Below are positions 47,097 to 56,935 of a stretch of DNA of 59,607 nt, one piece after another. A model generated the notes under the pieces. That model searched no databases, was not told the DNA's origin, and saw only the letters and a program-made list of their open reading frames with translations. The translations under genes were made by a program, and so were the position numbers. How positions within the stretch are numbered: the first letter of the stretch is position 1; every line of letters begins with the position of its first letter. The stretch comes from Elusimicrobiota bacterium (GTDB lineage Bacteria; Elusimicrobiota; Elusimicrobia; UBA1565), in the NCBI GenBank assembly GCA_002401485.1, contig NVTF01000001.1:1-59607 (forward strand), written 5' to 3'.

Positions 47097-49309
47097 ACCT
47101 CACAACCCAAAAAATAAGCCGGAAGAAATTTCTAGAGGGAAGCGCCGCCATCACCGCCGCCGGGCTTTTTTTAGCGTGCCTACCCGAAGAGCTGCTCGCC
47201 GCCTTCACCGATCCGGAAACTCTTTCTCAATTCAACCCCAACGTGTATATCGGCATTTCGTCGGACAATGTCATCCGTCTCGTTATCCACCGCTCCGAAA
47301 TGGGCAATGGCGCCCGAACCTCGATGGCGATGCTGCTGGCCGAGGAACTCGAAGCGCCCTGGGAAAAAATCAAAATTATCCAAGCGGTCGGGGACGCAAA
47401 ATACAACGACCAAAATACCGACGGCAGCACGAGTGTTCGAAAAAACTGGGACTCTTTGCGTCGCGCCGGCGCGGCCGCCCGCATGATGCTGGAAGCTGCA
47501 GCCGCCGCACGTTGGGGCGTCAACGAAAAAACCGTATTTGCTCGCAATGGTGAGGTGCATCATCGGGGCTCCTCTAAAAAGCTCTCTTATGGTGCGCTCG
47601 CGATCGCGGCGTCCAAACTAAAAACCCCCAAAAAGCTCTCCCTGAAGTCTCCTCAGGACTACACCATTATCGGTACGCCCAGAGATCTTGTTGATGTTAA
47701 CGCGATGGTCACCGGAAGTGCCCGCTACGGCATTGATGTGGAAGAACCAGGCATGCTGCATGCAAGCCTCGAACGTTCGCCGCGTGTTGACGCGGAAATT
47801 GTCAGCTTCAACGGCCCCGAAGTGGAACGCATCCCCGGAGTGGTCGCGGTGGTCTCTCTTCCCGCTCAAAGCCAGGACGTCAATACGAGCGCTGCCGTTG
47901 CGGTGGTCGCCGACAGCACGTGGACAGCGATGAAGGCTCGAAAGATATTGAAGGTACGCTGGAGCGGTGGACGATCCTCGGAGTCAACCGACGCAAAAAA
48001 AACCGAACTCCAAGCATTGGTTCAAAAAAAAGGGAAAATCTCACGCAACGACGGAGACATCGGCGCCGCGATGCCTGAGAAACGAATAAACGCGGAGTAC
48101 TTCACCCCCTATCTCGTGCATGCACCGATGGAACCGCCCAACGCGTTCGCCAACGTCACCGAAGGGAAATGCCATGTGATTGCGCCGACCCAACAGCCCC
48201 AACGACTGCGCAAGGCAGCGGCAAAATTTCTAGGCATCAACAAAAAACACGTGACCATCGAAGTGTCGCTCTTGGGGGGCGGTTTCGGCAGAAAATCCCA
48301 GCCCGACTTTGCGATGGAAGCGGTCGCACTGTCTCAACGAATTAAAAAACCCGTCAAAATTACGTGGACCCGCGAGGATGAAGTTCGCCACGGAACCTAC
48401 CATACCCAATGCATGCAAAGACTCGACGCGGGACTCAATAAGAAAGGAAATATTGAAACGTGGCGGCACCGTACGGCCTTTCCGACACTCTTGACGATTT
48501 TCGCGCCGGGTGCCGTGTCTCCCGCGGAATTCGAACTCGCCCAAGGAATAAACACCCTCCCCTACCGCATCCCCAATATCCGCACCGAGTCGTACCCGGT
48601 GAAATCCGATGTTCGCATCGGATGGCTGCGGTCGGTGCTCCACATCCCCCACTCGTTTGCCATTAATTGTTTTTTAGATGAAATCGCCGTGTCGACGAAA
48701 CGGGATCCCGTTCAAATGCGCCTGGACTTGCTTGGCAAACCTCGAATTCTCGAACTCTCTGAGGCGGAAAAAACGGGACCCTACAAACAAGATACCGGAC
48801 GCCTCGCGCGTGTTATTAAACGCGCGGCGAAGGCAGCCTCGTGGGGAAAATCCCTCCCCAAAGGAAAGGGGCTTGGGTTTGCAAGCCACTACAGCTTCTT
48901 CAGTTATGTTGCCATGGCGATTGAAGTTGCCGTCAACGACGAAAATGAGGTCACCGTCGACCGCGTGCACTGCGCCGTCGATTGCGGCACGGTGGTCAAT
49001 CCCGACACGGTGACAGCGCAAATCGAGGGAGCGGTGTCATTCGGACTTTCCCTCGCGCTTTTTGGAGAGATCACACTTAAGGACGGGGTGGTGCAGCAGA
49101 GCAACTTTGACGACTACGTGATTGCGCGCATGAAGGACGCCCCCGAAATCATCGTGGACCTCGTTGATAACGGCGACATTCCCACAGGAGTCGGGGAACC
49201 GGGCACTCCCCCGGTCGCACCCGCGCTTTATAATGCGATCTACGCCGCCACGGGAACACGACTCCGAAGCCTGCCTCTTGCGAGCACAGACTTCGGCGGG
49301 CAATGGTAA
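47093..49309 (+). CDS. Molybdopterin-binding large subunit (IorB/aldehyde oxidoreductase type) with a Tat-like leader
   Basis: In-frame ATG at 47093 (ATGA overlap). [28 protein letters not shown] leader. Aldehyde oxidase/xanthine dehydrogenase a/b-hammerhead and Moco-binding pattern (GGGFGRK). Confidence 0.88.
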   Translation: MNLTTQKISRKKFLEGSAAITAAGLFLACLPEELLAAFTDPETLSQFNPNVYIGISSDNVIRLVIHRSEMGNGARTSMAMLLAEELEAPWEKIKIIQAVGDAKYNDQNTDGSTSVRKNWDSLRRAGAAARMMLEAAAAARWGVNEKTVFARNGEVHHRGSSKKLSYGALAIAASKLKTPKKLSLKSPQDYTIIGTPRDLVDVNAMVTGSARYGIDVEEPGMLHASLERSPRVDAEIVSFNGPEVERIPGVVAVVSLPAQSQDVNTSAAVAVVADSTWTAMKARKILKVRWSGGRSSESTDAKKTELQALVQKKGKISRNDGDIGAAMPEKRINAEYFTPYLVHAPMEPPNAFANVTEGKCHVIAPTQQPQRLRKAAAKFLGINKKHVTIEVSLLGGGFGRKSQPDFAMEAVALSQRIKKPVKITWTREDEVRHGTYHTQCMQRLDAGLNKKGNIETWRHRTAFPTLLTIFAPGAVSPAEFELAQGINTLPYRIPNIRTESYPVKSDVRIGWLRSVLHIPHSFAINCFLDEIAVSTKRDPVQMRLDLLGKPRILELSEAEKTGPYKQDTGRLARVIKRAAKAASWGKSLPKGKGLGFASHYSFFSYVAMAIEVAVNDENEVTVDRVHCAVDCGTVVNPDTVTAQIEGAVSFGLSLALFGEITLKDGVVQQSNFDDYVIARMKDAPEIIVDLVDNGDIPTGVGEPGTPPVAPALYNAIYAATGTRLRSLPLASTDFGGQW

Positions 49310-49321
49310 GCGACCTGCGCT

Positions 49322-50422
49322 CTACTTGCTAAGGACGTATTCCTTGGTTCCCATTTTCGTCATAACAGCCGCTCCAAGCCCGAGTAAAATCGCGCCGGAG
49401 AAGAGCATCATATTCGTCAAGAAAAACAACATTTCAAGCGTGGCGAACGGTCCGCCGACCACACCCATCGCTTTGCCAACGATAAACAGGGCGTTTAAGA
49501 CAAGAAACCCAAGTCCGATCGCGGGGATTGTATCGGGCATTTTCGATTTACGGGAAGCGTGCAGACGTTCCGACAGCAAAATACTGAAGGAGGCAAGCCC
49601 CATCAAGGTCACCCCAAACAGCAGCATCATCGCCAGGGGAACCAGCGGCAATCCGACAATCGAAACCGTAAGAAACAGGAGACCGGGCACAAACGCGACC
49701 GCCACAAGAAAACCCATGCCGACCGCCTTCCAGAAATCGGTCTTGATGGCGGCGCTCATGCGCTCAATCGGTTCGGGGACGAGCATGCCCATTAGCATAA
49801 GAATACCGGCGCACCCGACAAGCACAACAATTGCAAACACGAAGCCAAAGGCGCGGCCGAAAAAGCCGAACTTCTTGGAAGGAAAAGCGAGGGGCGACCC
49901 ATCGCGGGACTCGATGCGTGCTATTTTTCGTGCGATGCCGGGCATCATTGAAATGAGTCCTGATCCGATATTAGAAACATCGCCTTTTATAATTGCACCA
50001 TCCGACTGATTAAAATCGCCGCCGATCACCGATACATCGCCGGCGACCACCGCCCCGGAGGTGATCGTCATTTCTTCACCAATCACCACAAGATCCTTAG
50101 ACACATGACCACTCAGCATGACAGGAGCTCCCAAACCGACGACATCCCCGTTCACCCTTCCGGTCACTTCCACCATGCCCCCCATAGCAACAACGTCGCC
50201 GTTGACCTCGCCCCGAACGATGACATCCTCCCCAAAAGACGTGACGTCCGCATTAACGATGCCGTCAATAGTAACCGGACCCTTGGTCGCGATGTCTTCG
50301 TTATGCACCTCCCCTTCCAGAATATGAATCGGTTCGGTGGGAAGTTCTTTGTTTCGCTTCGCCTCGGAAATGCCGGGCAGCATAAACGCAGACAATAAAA
50401 TTCCAGCCATTATTTTTTTCAT
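49322..50422 (-). CDS. Signal-peptide protein with a bactofilin-like beta-helical repeat domain fused to a polytopic membrane domain
   Basis: MKKIMAGILLSAFMLPGISEA. Then repeats such as VTIDGIVNADV, VIVRGEVNGDVV, VEVTGRVNGDVV, VMLSGHVSKDLV. About 6 hydrophobic segments follow. Confidence 0.62.
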   Translation of the reverse strand: MKKIMAGILLSAFMLPGISEAKRNKELPTEPIHILEGEVHNEDIATKGPVTIDGIVNADVTSFGEDVIVRGEVNGDVVAMGGMVEVTGRVNGDVVGLGAPVMLSGHVSKDLVVIGEEMTITSGAVVAGDVSVIGGDFNQSDGAIIKGDVSNIGSGLISMMPGIARKIARIESRDGSPLAFPSKKFGFFGRAFGFVFAIVVLVGCAGILMLMGMLVPEPIERMSAAIKTDFWKAVGMGFLVAVAFVPGLLFLTVSIVGLPLVPLAMMLLFGVTLMGLASFSILLSERLHASRKSKMPDTIPAIGLGFLVLNALFIVGKAMGVVGGPFATLEMLFFLTNMMLFSGAILLGLGAAVMTKMGTKEYVLSK

Positions 50423-50826
50423 AGAGAATTCCTCACGGATTGGGGTCGCAGCGCCGCACTCATCAAGGCAAGACTCAACGCACCGGCTGCGGGGACTAGA
50501 AAGGGCAGAGAACCCAACGCCAATTGCGACAGCGAGATGTGCAGCACACGCACTCCGATCTCAATCACAGGCCGCACGGACAACAAGAGATGGAGCGCGC
50601 TCCCTGGGATCAAATCCCATGGGATGATGTGAATCAGAATTCCGACCGCCGCCGCATACGCCGCGCAAAGCAAAACGCCCGCCGCGGCCCAATGGGTCCG
50701 GGGCTTAAATCCAAGCGCATTCAAAACAGCCATGTCGAAGTTTGCGCTCGGCGTCAGAACAGGAAGGCACGCCATGCTTTTAGCAAGCAAGGCGTCGAAT
50801 TCCTGCGGGTCGTCAAAACGGGTCAT
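50419..50826 (-). CDS. Putative membrane anti-sigma factor
   Basis: 135 aa, several TM segments. It sits directly downstream of the ECF sigma gene and overlaps the next gene by 4 nt. Called by position only. Confidence 0.42.
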   Translation of the reverse strand: MTRFDDPQEFDALLAKSMACLPVLTPSANFDMAVLNALGFKPRTHWAAAGVLLCAAYAAAVGILIHIIPWDLIPGSALHLLLSVRPVIEIGVRVLHISLSQLALGSLPFLVPAAGALSLALMSAALRPQSVRNSL

Positions 50827-50845
50827 TTTCGGTCCTCGCTAATAA

Positions 50846-51406
50846 CTACGGTGATTCCGGCTCCGGGTTGCATTTTTTTCTCAGCATCTCCCGGGCCCGC
50901 GAAACACGCGCCTTGAGGGTTCCCACCGGAACCCCCAACACCTCGCTCATTTCGGCGTAGCCAAGCCCCTCCCCAAGATGCAGCAGCAGGGCTTCCCGAA
51001 AATCAAACGGCAATGCCCCGAGCATCTTCTCCACAAGTTCGACCTCCAGCTTGGAGGCGACCACGTCCTCAACCGAAGGTGAGGCGTCCGGGAGATCAAA
51101 CTCGATGGGATCAATGTCCGCCTTTCGTTTACGGGTATAGTCGATGACCGCGTTGCGCGCGATGCGAAACAGCCAAGGGATAAACGGACGCTCCTGGTCA
51201 TACGAGGATAAAGACCGGAAGGCCTTGATGAAGACTTCCTGCGCCAAGTCCTCCGCCGCGCCGCGGTCGCGCAGCATGCGCAAGATAAATCCGTAAATGC
51301 GGTCGCGGTAACGCGCCAACAGCAGGGCATGCGCATCCCGTTCGCCATTTAGACAGGCACGAACGAGGATCGCGTCGTCGCAATCGGGAGAGAGGGGATT
51401 GGACAC
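50846..51406 (-). CDS. ECF-type RNA polymerase sigma-70 factor
   Basis: 186 aa. Region 2 (YRDRIYGFILRMLRDRGAAEDLAQEVFIKAF) and region 4 (LGYAEMSEVLGVPVGTLKARVSRAR). Confidence 0.9.
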   Translation of the reverse strand: MSNPLSPDCDDAILVRACLNGERDAHALLLARYRDRIYGFILRMLRDRGAAEDLAQEVFIKAFRSLSSYDQERPFIPWLFRIARNAVIDYTRKRKADIDPIEFDLPDASPSVEDVVASKLEVELVEKMLGALPFDFREALLLHLGEGLGYAEMSEVLGVPVGTLKARVSRAREMLRKKCNPEPESP

Positions 51407-51443
51407 TCTTTAAAGAATACGGAAAAAATAGTTCCGGGTTGCT

Positions 51444-52955
51444 TTATTTGTGGTCTGCGGCTTCAACAAACACGCGCTTCACATCGGGGAACCGGGCCTT
51501 GATCGCTTTAACGAGAGCGGCGATGGTTGCCTCGAGTGTTCCCGTTGATTCTTCATCTCGAAATTCAATGGACAAATTGACCAGCACATCATTGGCGCCT
51601 AATTGCATGGTGAGCACATCGTTGACCGACTCCACGCTCCTAAAGGTCATCGCAAGTTCTTTAATTCCCTGCACGATCTCAGGATCAGCACTCTCGCCGA
51701 TCAGCAAACTCTTCGTTTCCCGAGCCAAGAAGAAGGCGGTTATTGCGAGGACGACACCGATTAAGAGAGCCGCGATTCCGTCAAAGTAAAGAATGCCCGT
51801 CGCCTGCGTTAGGGCGATACCCAAGGCTGCAATCGCCAGACCGACCAGCGCGGCGGAATCTTCAAACAGCACGAGAAACACAGCGGGGTCTTTATGATCG
51901 CGCAGCGCCTTCATAAAACCTTTCTTTCCCATGGATTGGCGAAATTTATTGTAGGCGACCTTCCAGGCATAGCCCTCAAACACCATTGCGAGAGCCAAAA
52001 CGATGTAGTTCACCATGGGGTTGGTAATAACGCTTGGCTCCATCAACCGATGCACGCCTTCCCCTAGTGAAACAAGCGCTCCAATCGCAAAAATCGATAT
52101 CGCGACGACAAAACTCCAGAAATACAATTCCCGACCGCGGCCGAACGGATATTCCTTACTCGGCGGTTTTGCGGCCTGCCTGAGTCCATACAGAATGAGA
52201 ACCTGATTACCCGTGTCCACTATGGAGTGAATGCCTTCCGAGGTCATCGCCGCGCTGCCGGTAACAGCCGCCGCGAAGAATTTCACAACCGCGACCAAGA
52301 AGTTTCCAATGAGTGAGGCCATCACTACTTTCTTAGATCCGTGGGGGTCCGGACGGGTGACGGCAGCGGGAACCACCTCGTCTTTTGTTTTATCTGCGGC
52401 ATTAAAGAGTGCCGGGCGCAGGCTGCTGCGCGTAACCGCGATGGGAGCGATCAGGACGCCTGCGGATTTTTTCTTAAACGCGGCGGCGTCGAAAAATCCG
52501 CTGGAAGTGACTTGATGAGAACCGCGGGAGAAACGGCGTTCTACGGCCGCTACTTTTTTGGCGACCGCTTGGCGTCTTTTGTTGCGGAGCGTCACTGAAA
52601 CTGTTTTTGTTTTCGCCGCAGCGACTCGCGCGCCAACGACAGGCGCAACCATGCGTTTGACGGCTGCAGTGCGCTGAACTGCCGCAATGCCAACGGGGCC
52701 TTGAATCGCCGTATTCAAATCAACCATCTCAAGGGTCGGCAAGGACGAACCCAATAGACCAGGAGCAGCCTGAAGGCCGTCATTATTAAGAGAGAGGGAC
52801 AAATTTGCCAGTCCCGCAGGGGCCAATACTGCGTTTGTGGTAGGCGCGGCGGAGCGTCCCACGACCGCCCGGGAAGCGTGCACAATCCCGGATTCTCCAA
52901 TAAAAATAGAGCTTATTATGGCCAGGGAAATTCCCCGCCGGACGCAATACGGCAT
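51444..52955 (-). CDS. Cation diffusion facilitator (CDF) transporter with a ~205-aa N-terminal extension
   Basis: CDF core from LIGNFLVAVVKFFAAAVTGSAAMTSEGIHSIVDTGNQ to the C-terminal cytoplasmic domain. The extension is Ala/Val-rich. An internal start cannot be excluded. Confidence 0.78.
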   Translation of the reverse strand: MPYCVRRGISLAIISSIFIGESGIVHASRAVVGRSAAPTTNAVLAPAGLANLSLSLNNDGLQAAPGLLGSSLPTLEMVDLNTAIQGPVGIAAVQRTAAVKRMVAPVVGARVAAAKTKTVSVTLRNKRRQAVAKKVAAVERRFSRGSHQVTSSGFFDAAAFKKKSAGVLIAPIAVTRSSLRPALFNAADKTKDEVVPAAVTRPDPHGSKKVVMASLIGNFLVAVVKFFAAAVTGSAAMTSEGIHSIVDTGNQVLILYGLRQAAKPPSKEYPFGRGRELYFWSFVVAISIFAIGALVSLGEGVHRLMEPSVITNPMVNYIVLALAMVFEGYAWKVAYNKFRQSMGKKGFMKALRDHKDPAVFLVLFEDSAALVGLAIAALGIALTQATGILYFDGIAALLIGVVLAITAFFLARETKSLLIGESADPEIVQGIKELAMTFRSVESVNDVLTMQLGANDVLVNLSIEFRDEESTGTLEATIAALVKAIKARFPDVKRVFVEAADHK

Positions 52956-53074
52956 AGTACTTTCAGTATACCAGGGGTTGGGTTTTAAGCCCTGCGGCTA
53001 ACGGCCCAGAGGGGGGTTGGCAATGGGCCCAGGGGCAATAAAACGGATTTTTTGTGATTCGCGACGCATTCAAC

Positions 53075-54349
53075 CTATCGGCCGCAGCATTTTTTAAACT
53101 TCCTTCCTGAACCACACGGGCATGTGTCGTTTCTTCCAACAGTCTTGCAGTCTTTTTTCTGCTCATCCAAAGAAAGCCCCAGCTTCAGCAGAAACTGTTT
53201 TTTCAACAAACTTTCATCGTGGAATTCCGCTCTCGGTAATTTCCAATACGATCCAATGTTTTGGCGTATTTCACGAATCCTAGCAACTCCTTCCTCCAAA
53301 GTATTCGCCCCATCCAGCATGAGAAACTCCAAGCTGCTATGCTCTAACCTCCAGCAATCGCGTTCTCTTTCAGATAATCCACTCCATCCACTAATAGTCT
53401 CAATTACTAGCTGGTCCATCTGATTAAGCGCAGCCGGAATTGTTGCACGTCGTGCAGAGAGATGGCGTTTGAGAACATCCTCTCCATACAGAGTGCCTCC
53501 ATACGCAGTCTCAGGACAAACAGGGACTCCGTAAGGGGAAAGAATTTCCTCGCCGCAGTGCTGACACCATGCATCGGAGCCGGCAATAGTATCTTTGGGA
53601 CGAGAAAGAATCTTGTCCAACGATTTTAGTTTAACGTTCACCTTGACTGGATTTTCCCTGAGCACATGCCCAATAATTAGCGGGCTAAGCATTGGGGTCC
53701 ACTCCCCAGAGGGCCTGTAGCGCCAGCGTGTCCGCCAATTCGACTCCCTCCTCTCAATATCCGGGTATCGCTCTGACCCTGCAAGATGCCGGATCGCTTC
53801 CTCAAAATTAGGAATTGCGTCATCAAACTCAGACAATTCCTGATAGGTGGTATATAGGGTTGCAACATCTTCTTTGTTGTCCAGATCTGCCAGATACATT
53901 GCGGCCAATCCAGCAAGGTCCAAGTGATTACCCAAGGCACCAACGAAATCTTCTCTTGCCAACTGGGTTTTCATATAACCCAGTGCCCCAACGGCCCAAT
54001 AAGCTGTTTCGGTCAATTCGTTGGCAATCATGTCCCTCAACATCGGGATGGCGGGTTCGCCGATTTTGCCTAACGCCTCTGCGGCCGCATCCAACACGAA
54101 TTCTCCGCAGTCGGTTTTGAGCATGTCGGCGAGGAGACTAATACCCACCGGGGTTTGGATCTCCCCCAGGACTACCGTAAGGTGCAATACAGCTTCATGT
54201 TCTTCGTGGAGGCCAGCCAAGAGGGCGGCCTTTAATTCAGGGACGCTGTCATTGCCCGCTTCTATTAGCCGGGACATCTCCTCGATGGGATAGCCGGGTT
54301 CGCATCGGATAATTGCGTCGATGTCGGCTATGATCTTATTTGCAGCCAC
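53075..54349 (-). CDS. HEAT-repeat / SEC-C-motif protein (DUF1186-like)
   Basis: 424 aa. The C-terminal GRNDTCPCGSGRKFKKCCGR is a SEC-C zinc motif. The N-terminus has HEAT-like AAEALGKIGEPAIPMLRDM. Confidence 0.72.
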   Translation of the reverse strand: MAANKIIADIDAIIRCEPGYPIEEMSRLIEAGNDSVPELKAALLAGLHEEHEAVLHLTVVLGEIQTPVGISLLADMLKTDCGEFVLDAAAEALGKIGEPAIPMLRDMIANELTETAYWAVGALGYMKTQLAREDFVGALGNHLDLAGLAAMYLADLDNKEDVATLYTTYQELSEFDDAIPNFEEAIRHLAGSERYPDIERRESNWRTRWRYRPSGEWTPMLSPLIIGHVLRENPVKVNVKLKSLDKILSRPKDTIAGSDAWCQHCGEEILSPYGVPVCPETAYGGTLYGEDVLKRHLSARRATIPAALNQMDQLVIETISGWSGLSERERDCWRLEHSSLEFLMLDGANTLEEGVARIREIRQNIGSYWKLPRAEFHDESLLKKQFLLKLGLSLDEQKKDCKTVGRNDTCPCGSGRKFKKCCGR

Positions 54350-54476
54350 ATTTAATTATAGAAATCTACTACGAATAGTATTCAATAGCACTCAAAGGAC
54401 GCCCAACAAAGTACTACTGCAGGGAAGTGGTATACTCTCCCAAGGCCCTCACAAGCCGTCATATCCACAAAATCTC

Positions 54477-55216
54477 ATGGGAATCGTCCTAAAAAATATC
54501 GACGCTCGCCTCAAAAAGGCCGTCTCGACCTACTGGCGAACCCTCGCACAGCAATCCAACAAACAAAAGAAGCAAGGCAATGCCAGCGACCCCGGCGGAA
54601 GAGCCGCGGCCACGGGCGGCAAACAAATGGACGGCTTCGATCGCCTAATTAAACAGATCTTGGTCGAAAACGGAATGCCCGATGCAGATATCCACATAGG
54701 AAAAAACTCCAACTCCCGGGATTCTTCCGACCCACAAAAAAGTGGGACATTGTCGTCGTCAAAAACGAATCCCTGGTAGCGGCCATCGAACTCAAGTCCC
54801 AGATCGGACCGTCTTCTGGCAACAACCTAAACAACCGCGCCGAAGAAGCTGTCGGCACAGCCCAAGACTTAAAAACTGCTTACCGGGAAGGAGCATTCAA
54901 TACCGGAGGGAAACCCTGGGTCGGAACCCTAATGCTCTTAGAAGATTGCCCAAAATCACAAAGCTCCGTTAAAATACACGAACCCCACTTCAAAGTATTT
55001 CCTGAATTCAAAGACTCCTCTTACGCGAAGCGGTATGAAATCCTATTGCGAAAACTCGTCCGAGAGGAACTTTATACACGCGCAGCCTTGCTCTTATCCA
55101 GAAAAACCAGCGGTAAGCGCGGCCGATACACCGAACCCGCGAAGGACCTTCGGGCAAGGGACCTTTTTGCCAGTCTTGCTGGGCATGTGGGAACTATTGT
55201 GGCCTCTCAAACGTAA
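54477..55216 (+). pseudogene. Type II restriction endonuclease, PaeR7I/XhoI-like, frameshifted at an A6 run (54701-54706)
   Basis: Frame 0 (ATG 54477) reads ...ATGGKQMDGFDRLIKQILVENGMPDADIHIGK. The sequence continues in the -1 frame as LPGFFRPTKKWDIVVVKNESLVAAIELKSQIGPSSGNNLNNRAEEAVGTA...EPHFKVFPEFKDSSYAKRYEILLRKLVREELY to the stop at 55216. One extra A would restore a 246-aa ORF. Confidence 0.65.
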
Positions 55217-55228
55217 GAACAGGTACAC

Positions 55229-56923
55229 ATGCGCCACCCCTCACTTAACCTAGAGATCAATTACCCTCCTGAAGCTTATCGCTACGGCAAGAGGGCGTCG
55301 GGAGAAACACACGGGGTCGTCCTAACAAAACCTCATATCGTGGACATGATCCTCGACCTGGCTGGCTATTCCGAAGACCAGGATCTCAGCATGAAGCGTA
55401 TGCTCGAACCCTCATGCGGAACAGGGGTTTTCCTCGTCGCTGCCGCCCGCCGACTTATCCGATCAGCACGCCAACACAACCGCAGGGCGTCTCAACTCAA
55501 AGCTTGTTTATTGGCCTATGACATCGACCCAAGGCATGTTAAAACCACCAGAACCGCCGTTGAGGCAGTTCTCATCGAAGAGGGGGTTAAAAACCGTGTT
55601 GCCAAAAGCCTTGCGGAGGAGTGGGTTCGTCAGAATGACTTTCTCCTCGCCCCCCTCGAAGGACAAACCTTCGATACTATCGTCGGAAATCCGCCCTATA
55701 TCAGGATCGAGCAACTTTCCCCAGACCTTCAGAATGAATATCGCAGCCGCTACGAAACCCTTTATGATCGCGCCGACATCTACGTTGCATTTATTGAAAG
55801 AAGTCTAAGCCTGCTACCTGAGAAAGGAACACTCTCATTCATCTGTGCCGACCGTTGGACTCTCAATCGCTATGGAGCGCCCCTGCGTCGAATCATCGCA
55901 GAAAATTATCAAATAAAGACCTACGTAGATCTCCATAAAACATCACCCTTTGAGTCCGAAGTAATCGCTTATCCTTCAATCTTTGCAATCTCTCCCGGCA
56001 AGACTGGCCGAGTTTCCGTAGGACGCTTATCTGAAGCGACCCCAGAAGAGTGTGGGGACCTTACCATGCGCCTCCGAAACCCCGGAAGATCCAACAACGG
56101 AGCCGTTTCTGTTTATCCCTCCTGGTTTGTCGAGGACGAGCCCTGGGTACTAAGCTCACCGGCACACCTCAAAGCCTTACGGGACCTGGAGTCTCGCTTC
56201 GACACAATTGAGGCGGACCAAAAAACATCGGTGCGTATCGGTGTCGCGACAGGAAACGACTCGGCCTACATCGTTGGACCGGACTCTGGAATTGAGAAGA
56301 ACCGGCTCGTGCCCTTGGTTATGCGCGCGGATCTCGAAAAGGGGCAAATCAAGAACAACAGCCGATTCGTTATCAACACCTTCGACACGAAGGGAAAAAT
56401 TATCGATCTCTCAGGTTTTCCTCGTCTCCGCCAGTATCTAGAAGAGCATGGCATTGCTATCAGGCGCCGCCACGTCGCAAAGAAGAATCCCGGATCCTGG
56501 TTTCGAACGATTGATCGTGTTTACCCGGAGCTCGTCCCTGCCCAGAAGCTCTTAATTCCGGACATTGCCGGATCAAACGAAATCACACTCGATACAGGGA
56601 AATATCACCCACATCACAACCTCTACTACGTCACATCAAAGTCTTGGGATATGGCGGTCCTCGGGGGGCTGTTGAGCTCGAAAGTGGCCTTATTCTTCAT
56701 CTGGTCCTACGCAACAAAAATGCGCGGCGGCTATCTGCGATTTCAAGCGCAATATCTGCGCAGAATCCGTATTCCGAAGCCATCAGACATACCCAAGCAA
56801 TTGTGTCGAGACATCCGCGAAGCCTTCAGGCAACGAGATTTTAAGAAATTGGATCAACTGGCTCTCCAAGCCTATGGGATTAAAAAACTCCCAAATTTCG
56901 ACTTTGTTGATACCAGAAAGTAA
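55229..56923 (+). CDS. N6-adenine DNA methyltransferase (gamma class, Eco57I/TaqI-like)
   Basis: 564 aa. Motif I MLEPSCGTGVFLV, motif IV IVGNPPYIR, and a C-terminal target-recognition region. Confidence 0.9.
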   Translation: MRHPSLNLEINYPPEAYRYGKRASGETHGVVLTKPHIVDMILDLAGYSEDQDLSMKRMLEPSCGTGVFLVAAARRLIRSARQHNRRASQLKACLLAYDIDPRHVKTTRTAVEAVLIEEGVKNRVAKSLAEEWVRQNDFLLAPLEGQTFDTIVGNPPYIRIEQLSPDLQNEYRSRYETLYDRADIYVAFIERSLSLLPEKGTLSFICADRWTLNRYGAPLRRIIAENYQIKTYVDLHKTSPFESEVIAYPSIFAISPGKTGRVSVGRLSEATPEECGDLTMRLRNPGRSNNGAVSVYPSWFVEDEPWVLSSPAHLKALRDLESRFDTIEADQKTSVRIGVATGNDSAYIVGPDSGIEKNRLVPLVMRADLEKGQIKNNSRFVINTFDTKGKIIDLSGFPRLRQYLEEHGIAIRRRHVAKKNPGSWFRTIDRVYPELVPAQKLLIPDIAGSNEITLDTGKYHPHHNLYYVTSKSWDMAVLGGLLSSKVALFFIWSYATKMRGGYLRFQAQYLRRIRIPKPSDIPKQLCRDIREAFRQRDFKKLDQLALQAYGIKKLPNFDFVDTRK

Positions 56924-56935
56924 TACTCACTGTCC

